Source: Candidatus Poseidoniaceae archaeon
Lineage (GTDB): Archaea; Thermoplasmatota; Poseidoniia; Poseidoniales; Poseidoniaceae
DNA length: 64,000 nt
Assembly: GCA_949373075.1 (NCBI GenBank)
Contig: CASIBX010000040.1
Location: forward strand, 6,686 to 70,685
Reading direction: 5' to 3'
Positions 33,425 to 44,133 of this stretch are shown piece after piece. The notes below the pieces were generated by a model. It saw only the letters and a program-made list of their open reading frames with translations, was not told the DNA's origin and ran no database searches. The position numbers and the translations under genes are program-made. Position 1 is the stretch's first letter; each line of letters starts with the position of its first letter.

Positions 33425-36400
33425 TCAGAATCGAGGAGGAGGTCCACCAAGCATGCTGTTCTCATCGATTACGAATCTGTCCGCTCTCACCCTGTTTAGG
33501 TGCTCTACACGCTCTGATTTCCTACGTTTCGAGTTCCTTCTACCGTTAACTGCAAGGAATAATCCTAGAATAAGTGCAAGACTTACTGCTATGATTTCTT
33601 GAATGTGTGGGACATCTTTAGTTTGCTCTAACAGATCATCGAATGTTTCACCATCATCAGAATTGATAGTTTTGATTTTGATGGAAGTAGTCGCCATCGT
33701 AGATTCAGAGCCAGGCTCACTCGCAGATATTCCAGGCGTCTTCGTTCCTTTCGCGGTCATCTGTCCCGAGAAGGCAACTGTTTGAACTCCTTCTCCGGGT
33801 ATCACAAGTATGTGTGAGCGTACTCCAGCATCAATAGAGTTAGTCGATTCCCATACGACTATTACTGCCAATTCATTTTGAATCATATTGGTGATAGTAC
33901 AAGTAAAAGTTAGGCTTGAATCAACCGCTAGATCAACATTGAATTCGTTAGGGTCGCAAGATAGCAACACTTCTGCAGTGTTACGTGTAGGGTCTTCAGG
34001 CCAGTGGTCTGGCAATTCAGCCCCAGGCGAATTATTGTCTCCAAATCCATCGCCATCCCCGTCTTCATGTTGTGTTCTGTGTTCAGGGAAAGCATCTCCA
34101 ATGTTTGACCAACCGTCCAAGTCATTGTCAGGACAACCCAGTAAGTCCAGAGTAGCAGTTCCTGCTGCGGATGAGCATTGGTCCCCATCTGTACCATCTG
34201 CATTGTCACCATAGCCATCTCCATCTGTGTCTAGCCATTGAGTAGGGTCTGCCGGAAGGAAGTCATTATTGTTCGACCATGAATCACCATCGTCATCTAA
34301 ACATCCGATGCTACCGTTAGTGGAGTTTCCTGCAGCTAGCGGACAATTATCGATATTGTCTCCAAATCCATCAGAGTCATTATCTGACCACTCGCTAGTG
34401 TCGGAAGGGAATGCATCTCCAGAATCAGACCATGTGTCACCATCTGCATCTGTACAACCGAATGTATCCGAACTACTGTTTCCAAATTGAGAGGGGCATG
34501 AATCGGGTGTTGTTCCTTCAGCATTATCTCCAAATCCATCATTATCAGTGTCGTTCCATTGTGTGTTGTCTAGTGGGAATGAATCATCTAAGTCAGCCCA
34601 TGAGTCCTGGTCTGCATCAAAACATCCTAAGGAGCCGTTGGTTGAAGTTCCTGCAGTCTCAAAACAATCGTCTTCGACATCATCATATCCGTCCCCATCG
34701 GTATCGAGGTACCTAGTAGGGTCTAGCGGGAAGTCATCGTTCAGGTCAGAATGACCATCGCCATCGGTATCGACACATCCAAGTCGGTCAATTGTTGAAT
34801 TTCCAAATGTGAGTGGGCAATCATCTGCGTTGTTACCTGCAGCATTGTCTCCGTATCCATCACCATCTTGGTCTTCATATTGAGTAGGGTCATTTGGCAG
34901 TGCATCAATCATGTCTGCCCAGCCATCGCCGTCAGCATCCACACAACCTAGCATTCCGCCTTCGGTTGAATTACCCCATATTCCCAAACATGAATCGTGA
35001 TTGTTACCAATTATATTGTCTCCAAATCCGTCTCCATCAGCATCTTGCCATTGGGTAGAATCATTGGTGAAACTATCTTCTGAATCTGCCCAACCATCGC
35101 TATCGAAATCGGGGCAACCAAGAGTTCCATTTTGCCAAGAGTCACCGGCTGTGTTAACACAATCGTCAGCTAGATTGCCGGTTGGCTCGTCTCCAAACCC
35201 ATCGCCATCAGTATCGTTCCACTGTGTTTGGTCTGCAGGGAAGGCATCGTGGTCAACTGTGCGTCCATCTCCGTCTGCATCTAGGCAACCTACTACAATC
35301 CAAGTCGAGTTACCTGCAAAGTTCGGACAATCGTCCTCACTATCTGCAATACCATCACCGTCTGTATCGATAGACTTTGTAGGGTCGTTTGGCCATTGGT
35401 CATTAGAATTTGAAATTCCATCCCCGTCGCTGTCAAGGCATCCTTGCAAATCAATAGTTGAATTGCCCCAAACAGTAGGACAATCATCCCAATTTGTAGC
35501 AGGGTTTGGATTGTCATAATAGGTGTCTCCGTCAGTATCCAGCCATTGGCTTGAATCGTTAACAAGTATGTCGTTTAGGTCGGATTGACTATCACCGTCA
35601 GAGTCAAGACACCCATTTCTGTCAAGTGAAGAATTACCCCAGACCGTTTCACAAGCATCTGCTCCTTGAATTGCAATCCAACCACCATCAGGGTCTGACC
35701 ATGAATCAGAATCAGTATCTGGGCAGCCATAGCGGTCACCGCTGGATGTTCCAGCAACAGAGGTACAGGAATCAGCGTTGACCCCACCAGGGTTATCACC
35801 GAACCCATCACTATCGGAATCTGACCATTGTGTTCCTTCGTTAGGGAAATCATCCCCTACATTGGACCATCCATCTCCATCTCCATCCGGGCATCCGGTT
35901 TGGTCTTGAGTAGATGTTCCTGCTGTATTTGGACAGTCATCAAGAGTGTCAATTATTCCGTCACCATCGGCATCGGCAGACATGTTGATCATGGAATAAG
36001 GAGCATCGATAACCATGGCAAAGGATTGTGGTCCAGTTGGGATATTAGTTCCATTTACGTGAACCTCCCACTGACCTGCCATCGGAGATGAGATAGTTGT
36101 ACCAATCAGGTTGTCAAGATTGTTGCCATATTCGACCCAATTCCCATTAGGGTCTTTTACTGCAAAGTCGATATCGTTAACCAAATTGGTGGATGCAGCA
36201 GGAGTGCTAGCAGGGTCAGTCCATGATACCATTACTTTGAGGTCAGGTGCGCTTGCAGGGACTGTAAATTTCCAACTTCTAGAATCTCCAGTATTAACCG
36301 ATTCATCATCTACCCAAGTGGTATTCACTGCACGGTCAAGGTCGAGAAGTCCCCATCCTTCGTGGTTGTTAGGTGCACTTTCACCAGCACCATTGCTAGA

Positions 36401-38119
36401 AGACCCGTACTGGCCTGACATGTCATGTGCGCTAGCTGCAATTATTCCCTTTACTAGGGCACTTGTAGGAGTTGTGTGCGCTAAATTATCAATCAAATGT
36501 TGATACAGCAGGGCGGATGCACCTGCTGTAATTGGGGTTGCCATGCTAGTTCCTCCCATGAAGGTGTAATCTGAATTTGAGTGAGCACCCCATCCTGTTT
36601 GTGTTGTTGAGCGACTCTTTGCTGAAAGAATGAAACTCCCTGGTGCTGAGACATCAGGCTTTAGCCTTCCATCATCGACAGGACCACGGCTTGAGAATGC
36701 GGCTAATCCTTCGGTATTATTTGCCATCTTATCGGAATTAATCGGGTCGGTTGGATAGTCTCCTGGCCACCATTGTCCCCATTGATTGGAAATAGTTGAA
36801 CCTCGGTTATTTTCAGATGCACCAACAGTGAGAACGTTCTTCGCAGTAGCAGGTGCACCCATGCTATCTAGGTCTACTTCTCCATCACTATTGGCGTCTG
36901 TTCCTTCATTCGCTGCCGCGAATAAAATTAACAATCCAGTGTGATTTCTTGCCGAATGGTCTGCCTGCATAGAATTGGAGGTATATTGTCCAGCAACTGA
37001 TGATCCCCACGAATTTGTGTGTATGTTAGAGCCATTTGCAACAGCATCATCAAACATGTTGCTCAAGTCGTCTGGTATGCCCATCAATGTGTAATCATCT
37101 GTATATCCATACGTGTTCTCCACCGATGTAGTCCAATCTGTCCAGACTTCAGTAGCCTGCATGTAGAGTCTTGCTTCAGGTGCAATTCCTTTGATAGATC
37201 CTGAGGACTGAGTTCCATCTCCTAGTACAGAGCCTGCCACGTGAGTTCCATGCCCACTATCAAGGTCAGATGCACCATCTTCGTATGGGGCGTTAGCATA
37301 ACTTTGCATTCCTGATGGAATGCCGTAGGAGTGAATGCCTACTATGTGGTCTCTGAAATCAGGGTGCATATTGGTATTGTTTATTCCATTATCCAATCCC
37401 GTATCTGAAACTGTTACGATAATTCCTGTACCATCTAATGCATTCCAAGCAGAGTTTATTCCTGCCATTTGGGTAGCGTCCTGTAATACAGTCGCACCGA
37501 TTACAGCATCAGCCTCATCGTTTAGTAGAACCTTTTCGAACTGAGGCTCAATCCACTCAACTTCTGATTGTTGGATTAGCCATTCTACTCCACTAATTCT
37601 AACTTCAACTGTTGCCCATCTCCAACTGTGTGACATTACTTCAACATCACTTCTGTCTTCAATTCCCTCAGGTAATTCATCCCCTGACAAAACCAAACTT
37701 ACAACTCCTATACCTTTAGCGATGAACCAAGAATCCATCTCTCCCTTCAGAGATGGCATTAGGTCAGGGTGTAGTTTTGCAGAAGGTGGCATTTCGATCA
37801 TTCCATTAACGTCAAGTTTCGCCAACTCAGAAGTGGTATGCCCGTTTAATTCACAATGGAATGCAGATGATGGCAAAAATGACCAGCACTCAATACCTGC
37901 TGCAGCAAGTTCATGCACCCATTCGCTAGGAACTGGATATTCATGAGTAAGCATCCAAAAACCAGAGTGTGAAGTATCAGGGTATTGCAGAATTGGAACA
38001 GATTCAATGTCTCCATTACGTAGTCCAATAGTCTCTCCGTCTACGCTTTGGGGTTGCCAAGCAGCGACGGAACCAAATGAAGATAAAACCAGTAGGCCAA
38101 CAAGGGCTATTGCTCGCAT
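33425..38119 (-). CDS. giant subtilisin-like (S8) serine protease with a Ca-binding repeat array and a C-terminal TM anchor
   Basis: Signal peptide MRAIALVGLLVLSSFGSVAA. Catalytic triad motifs VSDTGLD, HGTHVAGS, GGTSMATP. A beta-sandwich follows the catalytic domain, then about 12 repeats of roughly 60 aa of thrombospondin-type-3-like DxDxDG units. TM IIAVSLALILGLFLAV, then a basic tail. Confidence 0.9.
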   Translation of the reverse strand: MRAIALVGLLVLSSFGSVAAWQPQSVDGETIGLRNGDIESVPILQYPDTSHSGFWMLTHEYPVPSEWVHELAAAGIECWSFLPSSAFHCELNGHTTSELAKLDVNGMIEMPPSAKLHPDLMPSLKGEMDSWFIAKGIGVVSLVLSGDELPEGIEDRSDVEVMSHSWRWATVEVRISGVEWLIQQSEVEWIEPQFEKVLLNDEADAVIGATVLQDATQMAGINSAWNALDGTGIIVTVSDTGLDNGINNTNMHPDFRDHIVGIHSYGIPSGMQSYANAPYEDGASDLDSGHGTHVAGSVLGDGTQSSGSIKGIAPEARLYMQATEVWTDWTTSVENTYGYTDDYTLMGIPDDLSNMFDDAVANGSNIHTNSWGSSVAGQYTSNSMQADHSARNHTGLLILFAAANEGTDANSDGEVDLDSMGAPATAKNVLTVGASENNRGSTISNQWGQWWPGDYPTDPINSDKMANNTEGLAAFSSRGPVDDGRLKPDVSAPGSFILSAKSRSTTQTGWGAHSNSDYTFMGGTSMATPITAGASALLYQHLIDNLAHTTPTSALVKGIIAASAHDMSGQYGSSSNGAGESAPNNHEGWGLLDLDRAVNTTWVDDESVNTGDSRSWKFTVPASAPDLKVMVSWTDPASTPAASTNLVNDIDFAVKDPNGNWVEYGNNLDNLIGTTISSPMAGQWEVHVNGTNIPTGPQSFAMVIDAPYSMINMSADADGDGIIDTLDDCPNTAGTSTQDQTGCPDGDGDGWSNVGDDFPNEGTQWSDSDSDGFGDNPGGVNADSCTSVAGTSSGDRYGCPDTDSDSWSDPDGGWIAIQGADACETVWGNSSLDRNGCLDSDGDSQSDLNDILVNDSSQWLDTDGDTYYDNPNPATNWDDCPTVWGNSTIDLQGCLDSDGDGISNSNDQWPNDPTKSIDTDGDGIADSEDDCPNFAGNSTWIVVGCLDADGDGRTVDHDAFPADQTQWNDTDGDGFGDEPTGNLADDCVNTAGDSWQNGTLGCPDFDSDGWADSEDSFTNDSTQWQDADGDGFGDNIIGNNHDSCLGIWGNSTEGGMLGCVDADGDGWADMIDALPNDPTQYEDQDGDGYGDNAAGNNADDCPLTFGNSTIDRLGCVDTDGDGHSDLNDDFPLDPTRYLDTDGDGYDDVEDDCFETAGTSTNGSLGCFDADQDSWADLDDSFPLDNTQWNDTDNDGFGDNAEGTTPDSCPSQFGNSSSDTFGCTDADGDTWSDSGDAFPSDTSEWSDNDSDGFGDNIDNCPLAAGNSTNGSIGCLDDDGDSWSNNNDFLPADPTQWLDTDGDGYGDNADGTDGDQCSSAAGTATLDLLGCPDNDLDGWSNIGDAFPEHRTQHEDGDGDGFGDNNSPGAELPDHWPEDPTRNTAEVLLSCDPNEFNVDLAVDSSLTFTCTITNMIQNELAVIVVWESTNSIDAGVRSHILVIPGEGVQTVAFSGQMTAKGTKTPGISASEPGSESTMATTSIKIKTINSDDGETFDDLLEQTKDVPHIQEIIAVSLALILGLFLAVNGRRNSKRRKSERVEHLNRVRADRFVIDENSMLGGPPPRF
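34025..35977 (-). repeat. coding tandem array of about 12 units of roughly 60 aa (Cys pair + DxDGDG calcium-binding motifs)
   Basis: Unit pattern: D-C-x3-G-N-S-(T/S)-x4-6-G-C-x-D-x-D-G-D-G-W-x-D-x3-F-P-x-D-x-T-Q-W-x-D-T-D-G-D-G-(F/Y)-G-D-N. Confidence 0.8.
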
Positions 38120-38196
38120 GTTTCTGTGAGGAATTGGTGGGGCATGAAGGTTGCCGTCCTACACAACTTCATATTCTCTATCACAGCCGCCTAGAT

Positions 38197-40062
38197 ATGG
38201 GAGCAGGTCACAAACGCGCCACGCAGTATGAGCATCTAGACCCCGACGCTCTCAATGATACCAAAACCGAAGTTCTAGGTAAGCAAATTTGGCGCGTCAT
38301 CCCTTACGGTTACCGCTACAAGATGCGCGCTTTAATTGGCGTTCTTGCAAATGGGATGGCAAGGTTTGCAGATTTGTTACCGTTCGTATTCATCGGTTTC
38401 GCAGTAGATTATTACGCTGGAAATGAAACCGATGGATTCTTTGGAAGTATGAGGGGTTTTCTTGACGATTCAATATTCCCATTGATGACAGATAATTTAG
38501 CTGTAGGATATGGAATTCTAATTTTCCTAGGATTCGCAAGCCTTGCTGTATTCCAAGGCATAAGTGAATATTGTTGGCAGACTCTTGGATACAAAGTTCA
38601 ACATGATCTTCGCCTTGATGCAACCCGTTCTCTAATCGATATGGAAGCATCATACTATGATTTACGCCAAACGGGCCAATTGATGAGTGTTTTATCGGCA
38701 GATGTGAATCAATTGGAAGATGTGATTAGCGATGCTTCGACGTCTATCATCAGAATAGTTGTTACATTTGGTACAGCGTTCTTGATTTTGGTTTTGATGA
38801 GTTGGAAATTAGCAGCCGTACTGTTTGCACCACTTGTACTGATTATTCCATTAGTCTACCTGTTCTCTACCCGTGTCCAGAGAAAGTATCGTCAGCAAAG
38901 AGAATCAACTGGTGATATTACTGCCGTTTTGGAAAATGTCATTTCTGGAATCGCAGTTGTTCAAGCATACAACGCTCAGGAATGGGAAGCAAAGCGTGTT
39001 GATTCAGAATCTACTGCTTATCGTGAGCAAGCAATCGGTGCTAGTCGTGACCGCAATCGTTTCCTGCCAGGCCTTTACGCCATAGCAGGGATTGCTTTTG
39101 GTTTACTGGTTACAGTAGGTGGATACCTGACTAAGTCGGGGGACATCTCAACTGGTCAGTTAGTGACATTCCTATTGATATCGACTAGGATGACCATGCC
39201 TATGTTCATCTTTGGAATGCTTGTAAATCAATTGCAGAAAGGAGAAGCAAGTGCACGCAGAGTGTTTGCATTAGTGGATTTAGAGCCTACCATTGCAGAC
39301 AAGGAAGATGCTTCAGAACTAGGTGGTCCTATCTATTCAGTAGAATTTGAGGAAGTTCATTTCACCTATCCTGGTACTACTACCAAGGTGTTGGCCGGAA
39401 TCTCATTCAAGGTAGTTGCTGGTCAGTTCCTTGGTGTGATGGGTCACACTGGAGCGGGTAAAACTACAATTTTGAAATTGTTGATGAGATACTATGAGCC
39501 CCAATCCGGGCGTGTATTAGTGAACGGAATCGACGTACAAGACCTTACTTTAGACTCGGTTAGAAACGGAATGGGATTTGTCAGTCAAGAACCGTTCCTT
39601 TTCTTTGGTTCTCTAAAGCAAAACGTTGCATATAATCGTGAAGCGGATGATGAAGAAATCATGAAAGCTCTCGAAATGGCAGGTGCTGCAGAATTCGTTG
39701 ACGAATTAGAAAATGGTCTTGATACAATGGTCGGGGACCGAGGTACTATGCTTTCTGGCGGGCAAAGAGCAAGAGTCTCTTTGGCTAGGGCGTTACTAAA
39801 GAATCCAAGTCTACTTGTTCTCGATGAGGCATCTAGTGCTCTTGATGCAGAGACTGAGAAGAGAATCCAAGAGAATCTACTGGCTAGCGGTAGTGAAAGA
39901 ACAACCATAGCCGTCGCACATCGCTTGTCGACAATTCGTAATGCGGATGAGATTATTTCGATGGTGGACGGGGGAATCCTTGAACGTGGAAATCATGATT
40001 CATTGATTTCAAACAATGGTGTTTACGCTAGTCAATGGCGAATCCAGACCGGTGAAATCTGA
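38197..40062 (+). CDS. ABC exporter, fused permease + ATPase (MsbA/multidrug type)
   Basis: Six-TM N-terminal half. Walker A GHTGAGKTT, signature LSGGQRARV, Walker B LLVLDEASS. Start taken at MGAGHK (38197), because the track start at 38077 overlaps the divergent protease gene. Confidence 0.85.
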   Translation: MGAGHKRATQYEHLDPDALNDTKTEVLGKQIWRVIPYGYRYKMRALIGVLANGMARFADLLPFVFIGFAVDYYAGNETDGFFGSMRGFLDDSIFPLMTDNLAVGYGILIFLGFASLAVFQGISEYCWQTLGYKVQHDLRLDATRSLIDMEASYYDLRQTGQLMSVLSADVNQLEDVISDASTSIIRIVVTFGTAFLILVLMSWKLAAVLFAPLVLIIPLVYLFSTRVQRKYRQQRESTGDITAVLENVISGIAVVQAYNAQEWEAKRVDSESTAYREQAIGASRDRNRFLPGLYAIAGIAFGLLVTVGGYLTKSGDISTGQLVTFLLISTRMTMPMFIFGMLVNQLQKGEASARRVFALVDLEPTIADKEDASELGGPIYSVEFEEVHFTYPGTTTKVLAGISFKVVAGQFLGVMGHTGAGKTTILKLLMRYYEPQSGRVLVNGIDVQDLTLDSVRNGMGFVSQEPFLFFGSLKQNVAYNREADDEEIMKALEMAGAAEFVDELENGLDTMVGDRGTMLSGGQRARVSLARALLKNPSLLVLDEASSALDAETEKRIQENLLASGSERTTIAVAHRLSTIRNADEIISMVDGGILERGNHDSLISNNGVYASQWRIQTGEI

Positions 40063-40071
40063 TTCATCTAA

Positions 40072-40371
40072 TTATCCGGACTTCTCGATTCTCATACGCC
40101 TCTCATCTTCTAGATCAGGGGCGAATCGCTTGTCACCTTGAATTATGACCATAGACATCAGTAAGAATAACGGGAATCCAACTACAATAGCCCAAACAGA
40201 TACTGACAAGTTCATTAAATTGTGTTCTTCAAATATTTCTGCAGTGATGATTATTGCAATTACTAATACAACTCGAAGTAAAGTGAGCCAACTTCTAATC
40301 AAAAGCCAAATCTCTCTGGCATCATCTGAATCTTCTGGCGCATCGATACTATCTCGGAGAGACTGCGCCAT
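40072..40371 (-). CDS. small two-TM membrane protein, hypothetical
   Basis: 99 aa with two hydrophobic helices, immediately downstream of the GT2 gene on the same strand. Confidence 0.5.
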   Translation of the reverse strand: MAQSLRDSIDAPEDSDDAREIWLLIRSWLTLLRVVLVIAIIITAEIFEEHNLMNLSVSVWAIVVGFPLFLLMSMVIIQGDKRFAPDLEDERRMRIEKSG

Positions 40372-40405
40372 AGGTAACCCTAGGTCTCGACTCGCTTAAG
40401 GTTAG

Positions 40406-41533
40406 TCAAGCAGTACGTATTCTGTCGTCAATCTGTTCACCAACACCGGCACTTCCGCCGGTGCGGCGAATCTCTTTCCATGCTTTATTTACACCAGCGC
40501 CGTATGCCCAGTGAGCGAGGAATACGAATAGTGGTGCAAAGAATACTGTTCCAATATTTCGATGTGGACTTGTACCTATTGCAGCACCAAGCCAAGATAT
40601 AGCAATGTAAATTCCTGCAAGTCCCAATGGTATGTGGAACGCTACACGTGAGATGTCCCATTCTCCACTAAGGGTGAACCATAGGTCTGCAGCAGCTCCG
40701 CCTGTAGCGGCGCCATAAATCGTACTGATTGCCGCAGCGATTACAATCCAAGGGAAGAATCCGATAGCCGTGTGAGACCATTCTGCAATCTCTGGCCATC
40801 TCTTGTTAGCGACCATTCGTGTGTAACCATAGTTACGCATTTGCTTCATGTATGGTCTGAAAGGCCGGCGGCGGCGATGCGGCATTACATTTTCAGGGTC
40901 AATAAACAACTTGTGGCCCTTTCTCTGAATCTTGGCATCCAATACTACATCTTCTGCACCAATGCATCCGTCCTCGAAAAATCCGACTTCACGGAGGTTT
41001 GCCATTCTGTGAGCACAGTTTACTCCTGGATTATGTGTGATTGGAACTAATTTTCCTTTTGGCTGAGCGCCGTAGCGTGTTCCTGCAGTCATAAATTTGG
41101 TACAGAATGCAACATCTGCACACTTTGCTCCAAATGGATCTTCATCAGGAGCAAAGTTAGGTCCGCCAACAGCTCCAACCTCGGGGTCGTCGAACCAGCG
41201 AACTAACTTTTCGACCCAGTCAAGAGGAGGTATTGTGTCGTCGTCTGTGAACAGAACTAGGTCGTGGTCCATTTGTTCTAGTGCAAAATTACACGCATTC
41301 GCCCTGTTGCGGGATGGGTCATCTATCCAAGTCGCCCCGTACTTTTCACAAACTTCTTTTGTGTTATCCTTTGATTTGGAATCTGAGATAACAATTTCAA
41401 AATCTGGGTACGTTTGTTTAGATAGTCTTTCAAGAACGATTTCCAATTCAACAGCGTTGTTGATGGTCGGAATTAGAACTGCCACCTTGAAAGGTTCACC
41501 ATCTTCCTTGAGCAGGGGCGCAATATCTGCCAT
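40406..41533 (-). CDS. family 2 glycosyltransferase with a C-terminal membrane domain
   Basis: VAVLIPTINNAVELEIVLERLSKQTYPDFEIVISDSKSKDNT and the DxD-type LFTDDDT motif. Several C-terminal TMs. Start taken at MADIAPLL (41533); the track ORF extends to 41596. Confidence 0.8.
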   Translation of the reverse strand: MADIAPLLKEDGEPFKVAVLIPTINNAVELEIVLERLSKQTYPDFEIVISDSKSKDNTKEVCEKYGATWIDDPSRNRANACNFALEQMDHDLVLFTDDDTIPPLDWVEKLVRWFDDPEVGAVGGPNFAPDEDPFGAKCADVAFCTKFMTAGTRYGAQPKGKLVPITHNPGVNCAHRMANLREVGFFEDGCIGAEDVVLDAKIQRKGHKLFIDPENVMPHRRRRPFRPYMKQMRNYGYTRMVANKRWPEIAEWSHTAIGFFPWIVIAAAISTIYGAATGGAAADLWFTLSGEWDISRVAFHIPLGLAGIYIAISWLGAAIGTSPHRNIGTVFFAPLFVFLAHWAYGAGVNKAWKEIRRTGGSAGVGEQIDDRIRTA

Positions 41534-41679
41534 ATACTGTCCACTAAGCCCCCCTTGATGAAACCATCTCACCAATATGCGGAATTGATAATTCACCCCA
41601 AAGGCGCGCGAAAGTAGGCCTCAGCAATTAGAAGGTTCATAAGCCTCCAAAGAAGCAAACAAAGTATAGGGATGCTCTC

Positions 41680-42420
41680 ATGTTGAACGTCACAGCCCGT
41701 CAGGAACTCATGCGAACCATAGTAGAAACACTTGGAGTCGTAGTTGAAGAGGCAAGACTAGACTTCGGAGAAGATGGATTATCTGTAAGGGTTGTAGACC
41801 CTTCACATGTAGCCATGATCAAGATGGATGTGGACAGTGCTGCATTCGAAACTTGGGAAGTCGATGAGACTAAACTAGGTCTCGAAATGAGGAAACTGAA
41901 AGACATTCTGAGCCTTGCAGGCCCTGGTGACACAGTTGAATTAGCTTACAATGATGAGTCAGGTCAAGCAACAGTCAATATCGGAAGAATCGATTTAAAT
42001 CTCCGCCCTCTTGATAATACAACTCTAAGCCCTCCAAACGTTCCTTCATTGGAACTACCTTGTGGCGTCACAATCACTGGGTCTGACCTCGGACAGGCAC
42101 TTCGTGCTGCTCGCCAAGTTGGAGATTTGGTCAATCTTTCTCTAACTGCAGATACATTCGCTGTAAATGTAAACGGGTCTACAGATTCGGTACATGTCGA
42201 GTTTTCCAAGGATGAACTGGTTGCAATAGACTGCAGTAGCCCTGCTCGCTCCCAGTATTCTCTAACTTATCTTATTCCAATGACTAAGATTATGCAAGGT
42301 ATTGACAATGTAAACCTAAGATTTGGTGAGAACTTCCCACTAAGGATTACTTTCGACTTTGCAGATGGTGCAGGTCATGTCGAATACTTCTTGGCTCCAA
42401 GAGTCGAAGGCGACTTCTGA
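41680..42420 (+). CDS. pcn: DNA polymerase sliding clamp PCNA
   Basis: 246 aa, archaeal PCNA length and pattern (EARLDFGEDGLSVRVVDPSHVAMIKMDV..., C-terminal YFLAPRVE). Confidence 0.9.
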   Translation: MLNVTARQELMRTIVETLGVVVEEARLDFGEDGLSVRVVDPSHVAMIKMDVDSAAFETWEVDETKLGLEMRKLKDILSLAGPGDTVELAYNDESGQATVNIGRIDLNLRPLDNTTLSPPNVPSLELPCGVTITGSDLGQALRAARQVGDLVNLSLTADTFAVNVNGSTDSVHVEFSKDELVAIDCSSPARSQYSLTYLIPMTKIMQGIDNVNLRFGENFPLRITFDFADGAGHVEYFLAPRVEGDF

Positions 42421-42425
42421 TTCCA

Positions 42426-43121
42426 TTAATTGGTTACGAAGTACAGGCAATGATTGTCTTCAAGACCGTGCAGGTCTATTTGTTCTTCAATAGTTAGTCC
42501 AGCATCTTCTAGTTGCTCTCTAACATTTTGGAAGACTTGTCTTTCTCCTCCATCATTGAAACGTTCTGATGCTGCTTTTAGAGAAAGTAACCCCTTTCCA
42601 CCCTTTTTCAAGAATCGCTTGACAGCATTGATGAAAATTTCAGCCTGTCCCGCCTGACTAACATCCTGTAATAGCCAATCTACCTTTGAAGCAACCATTA
42701 CCCCCCATGCAGAATGCTTCCTTGCATCTCCTAAAACCGGAACTAAACCAGGTCGGAGTGTTGAGAGGTGGACTAAATCTCGTAAACATCTCGGCGATAG
42801 GTCTACTGCGATTATACGGCCATTCTTGTGATTGTCACTTCCACAGACCTGGTCATGAATATGCGAAAGTGATGTTCCATGGCCAGCACCAAGGTACAGG
42901 CAAGTATCTCCTTCTTGTGGAAGTAAGTCATACTGAGTATGCCTTGCACGAGATATCGCTGCGCCTAATTTGGAGCGAGTAGGGTCCCATCTCCTGTATT
43001 CTACGCCCTTGAATCTTCGAAGTGATTCTCCATATTGAGATAACTTTGGAACTGCGTTTTTGGTCCAAATTGCTCTGCCGTCAACCATAACGGCCCATGA
43101 GAGTCGGCGTTTTTTGGCCAT
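42426..43121 (-). CDS. flpA: fibrillarin-like rRNA/tRNA 2'-O-methyltransferase
   Basis: YRRWDPTRSKLGAAI and CLYLGAGHGTSLSHIHD SAM-binding motifs. Start is 4 nt downstream of nop5. Confidence 0.95.
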   Translation of the reverse strand: MAKKRRLSWAVMVDGRAIWTKNAVPKLSQYGESLRRFKGVEYRRWDPTRSKLGAAISRARHTQYDLLPQEGDTCLYLGAGHGTSLSHIHDQVCGSDNHKNGRIIAVDLSPRCLRDLVHLSTLRPGLVPVLGDARKHSAWGVMVASKVDWLLQDVSQAGQAEIFINAVKRFLKKGGKGLLSLKAASERFNDGGERQVFQNVREQLEDAGLTIEEQIDLHGLEDNHCLYFVTN

Positions 43122-43125
43122 GTTC

Positions 43126-44133
43126 TCACCTCTGTGGCGGAGTCGAATTCTCGCTTCGGATAGTCTCTACTTTAGCCGCTACTGCATCAATGGTTTCTTG
43201 ACTCCACGTTTCTCCTCCAAATTCATCACATCTGGCGGCGATAGTAGCTTTGGCAGCAACAGTTCTTGCAATCTTTCCTCGCATCCAGCGAGGTGATCGT
43301 GAAATCCAAGGGTGCATGAATATGTGGCCGTGTTTAGGAGATGGCGACCCAGTCTTCAAATGATTGAAAAATGCTTTTTCGGCTCCCAGTATTTGCATTG
43401 TTCCTGCTGGAAGTCTTGCTAATCTAGCACGCCCATGTGCTTCCACGCAAAGTCTTGCAGCAAGGATTGGACCTAGTAGTCCTGACAGTGAGGGTAGGTG
43501 CTGTGATGCTAATTCTCGAACAACATCTTCCATGCTTTCTAGTCTGTTTTTGATTTCCCATACACTTTGTGCCCAATCGTGAATGCTATCCCATTCTGCA
43601 TCGGTCGGACCTAGGGGCGGCATACCAATGTCAATCACCTCGGCTAAATCACTCAAACTTGAGGAGTCGATAACCTTCTTTGCAAGGCCACTTCGGTCTT
43701 TCTCGAATCTTGCTTCAGGAAGAAATAATCCTACCCATTCAACTAGCCTTCCCTCAATCGTGATGAAGGAAGCTCGTAGTTCATCAGATGCCCTTAGAAT
43801 GTGCTCTAATCGCCTGTCAGGGTCACCTGCTGCGGCGTCAACTCCTCGCTTGGAAAGTAAAATCGCCGCACGGTCTAAGGATTGAAGAGCCTCTTCGGTA
43901 GGCAATGGCCAGTCCGCATCAGGTAACTCTTCATCACCATGGATCAACACTTTGGCATCTGGAAATCTTTCAGACAATCTTTCTGCTTCAGGGGTTAGTG
44001 CCCCATAGGCAATAATGTCCATACGTGCGCATACGGCATCTGTATTCTTCCAGCCTTCCCATTCTTCGACATCTAAAAGATTGCCTTCAGAATCTGAAAC
44101 AGCGGCCGCTCTCCAATCATACCATAGCCACAT
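43126..44133 (-). CDS. nop5: Nop5 (Nop56/58) C/D box sRNP protein
   Basis: NOP domain AEKAFFNHLKTGSPSPKHGHIFMHPWI...RGKIARTVAAKATIAARCD. Classic nop5-fibrillarin operon. Confidence 0.9.
   Translation of the reverse strand: MWLWYDWRAAAVSDSEGNLLDVEEWEGWKNTDAVCARMDIIAYGALTPEAERLSERFPDAKVLIHGDEELPDADWPLPTEEALQSLDRAAILLSKRGVDAAAGDPDRRLEHILRASDELRASFITIEGRLVEWVGLFLPEARFEKDRSGLAKKVIDSSSLSDLAEVIDIGMPPLGPTDAEWDSIHDWAQSVWEIKNRLESMEDVVRELASQHLPSLSGLLGPILAARLCVEAHGRARLARLPAGTMQILGAEKAFFNHLKTGSPSPKHGHIFMHPWISRSPRWMRGKIARTVAAKATIAARCDEFGGETWSQETIDAVAAKVETIRSENSTPPQR

Noticed and set aside
38077-38196. Upstream 40 codons of the ABC exporter ORF, overlapping the S8 protease start
   Set aside because: The overlap is with the divergent gene's signal peptide. 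The first ATG after the overlap (38197) gives a normal N-terminus.
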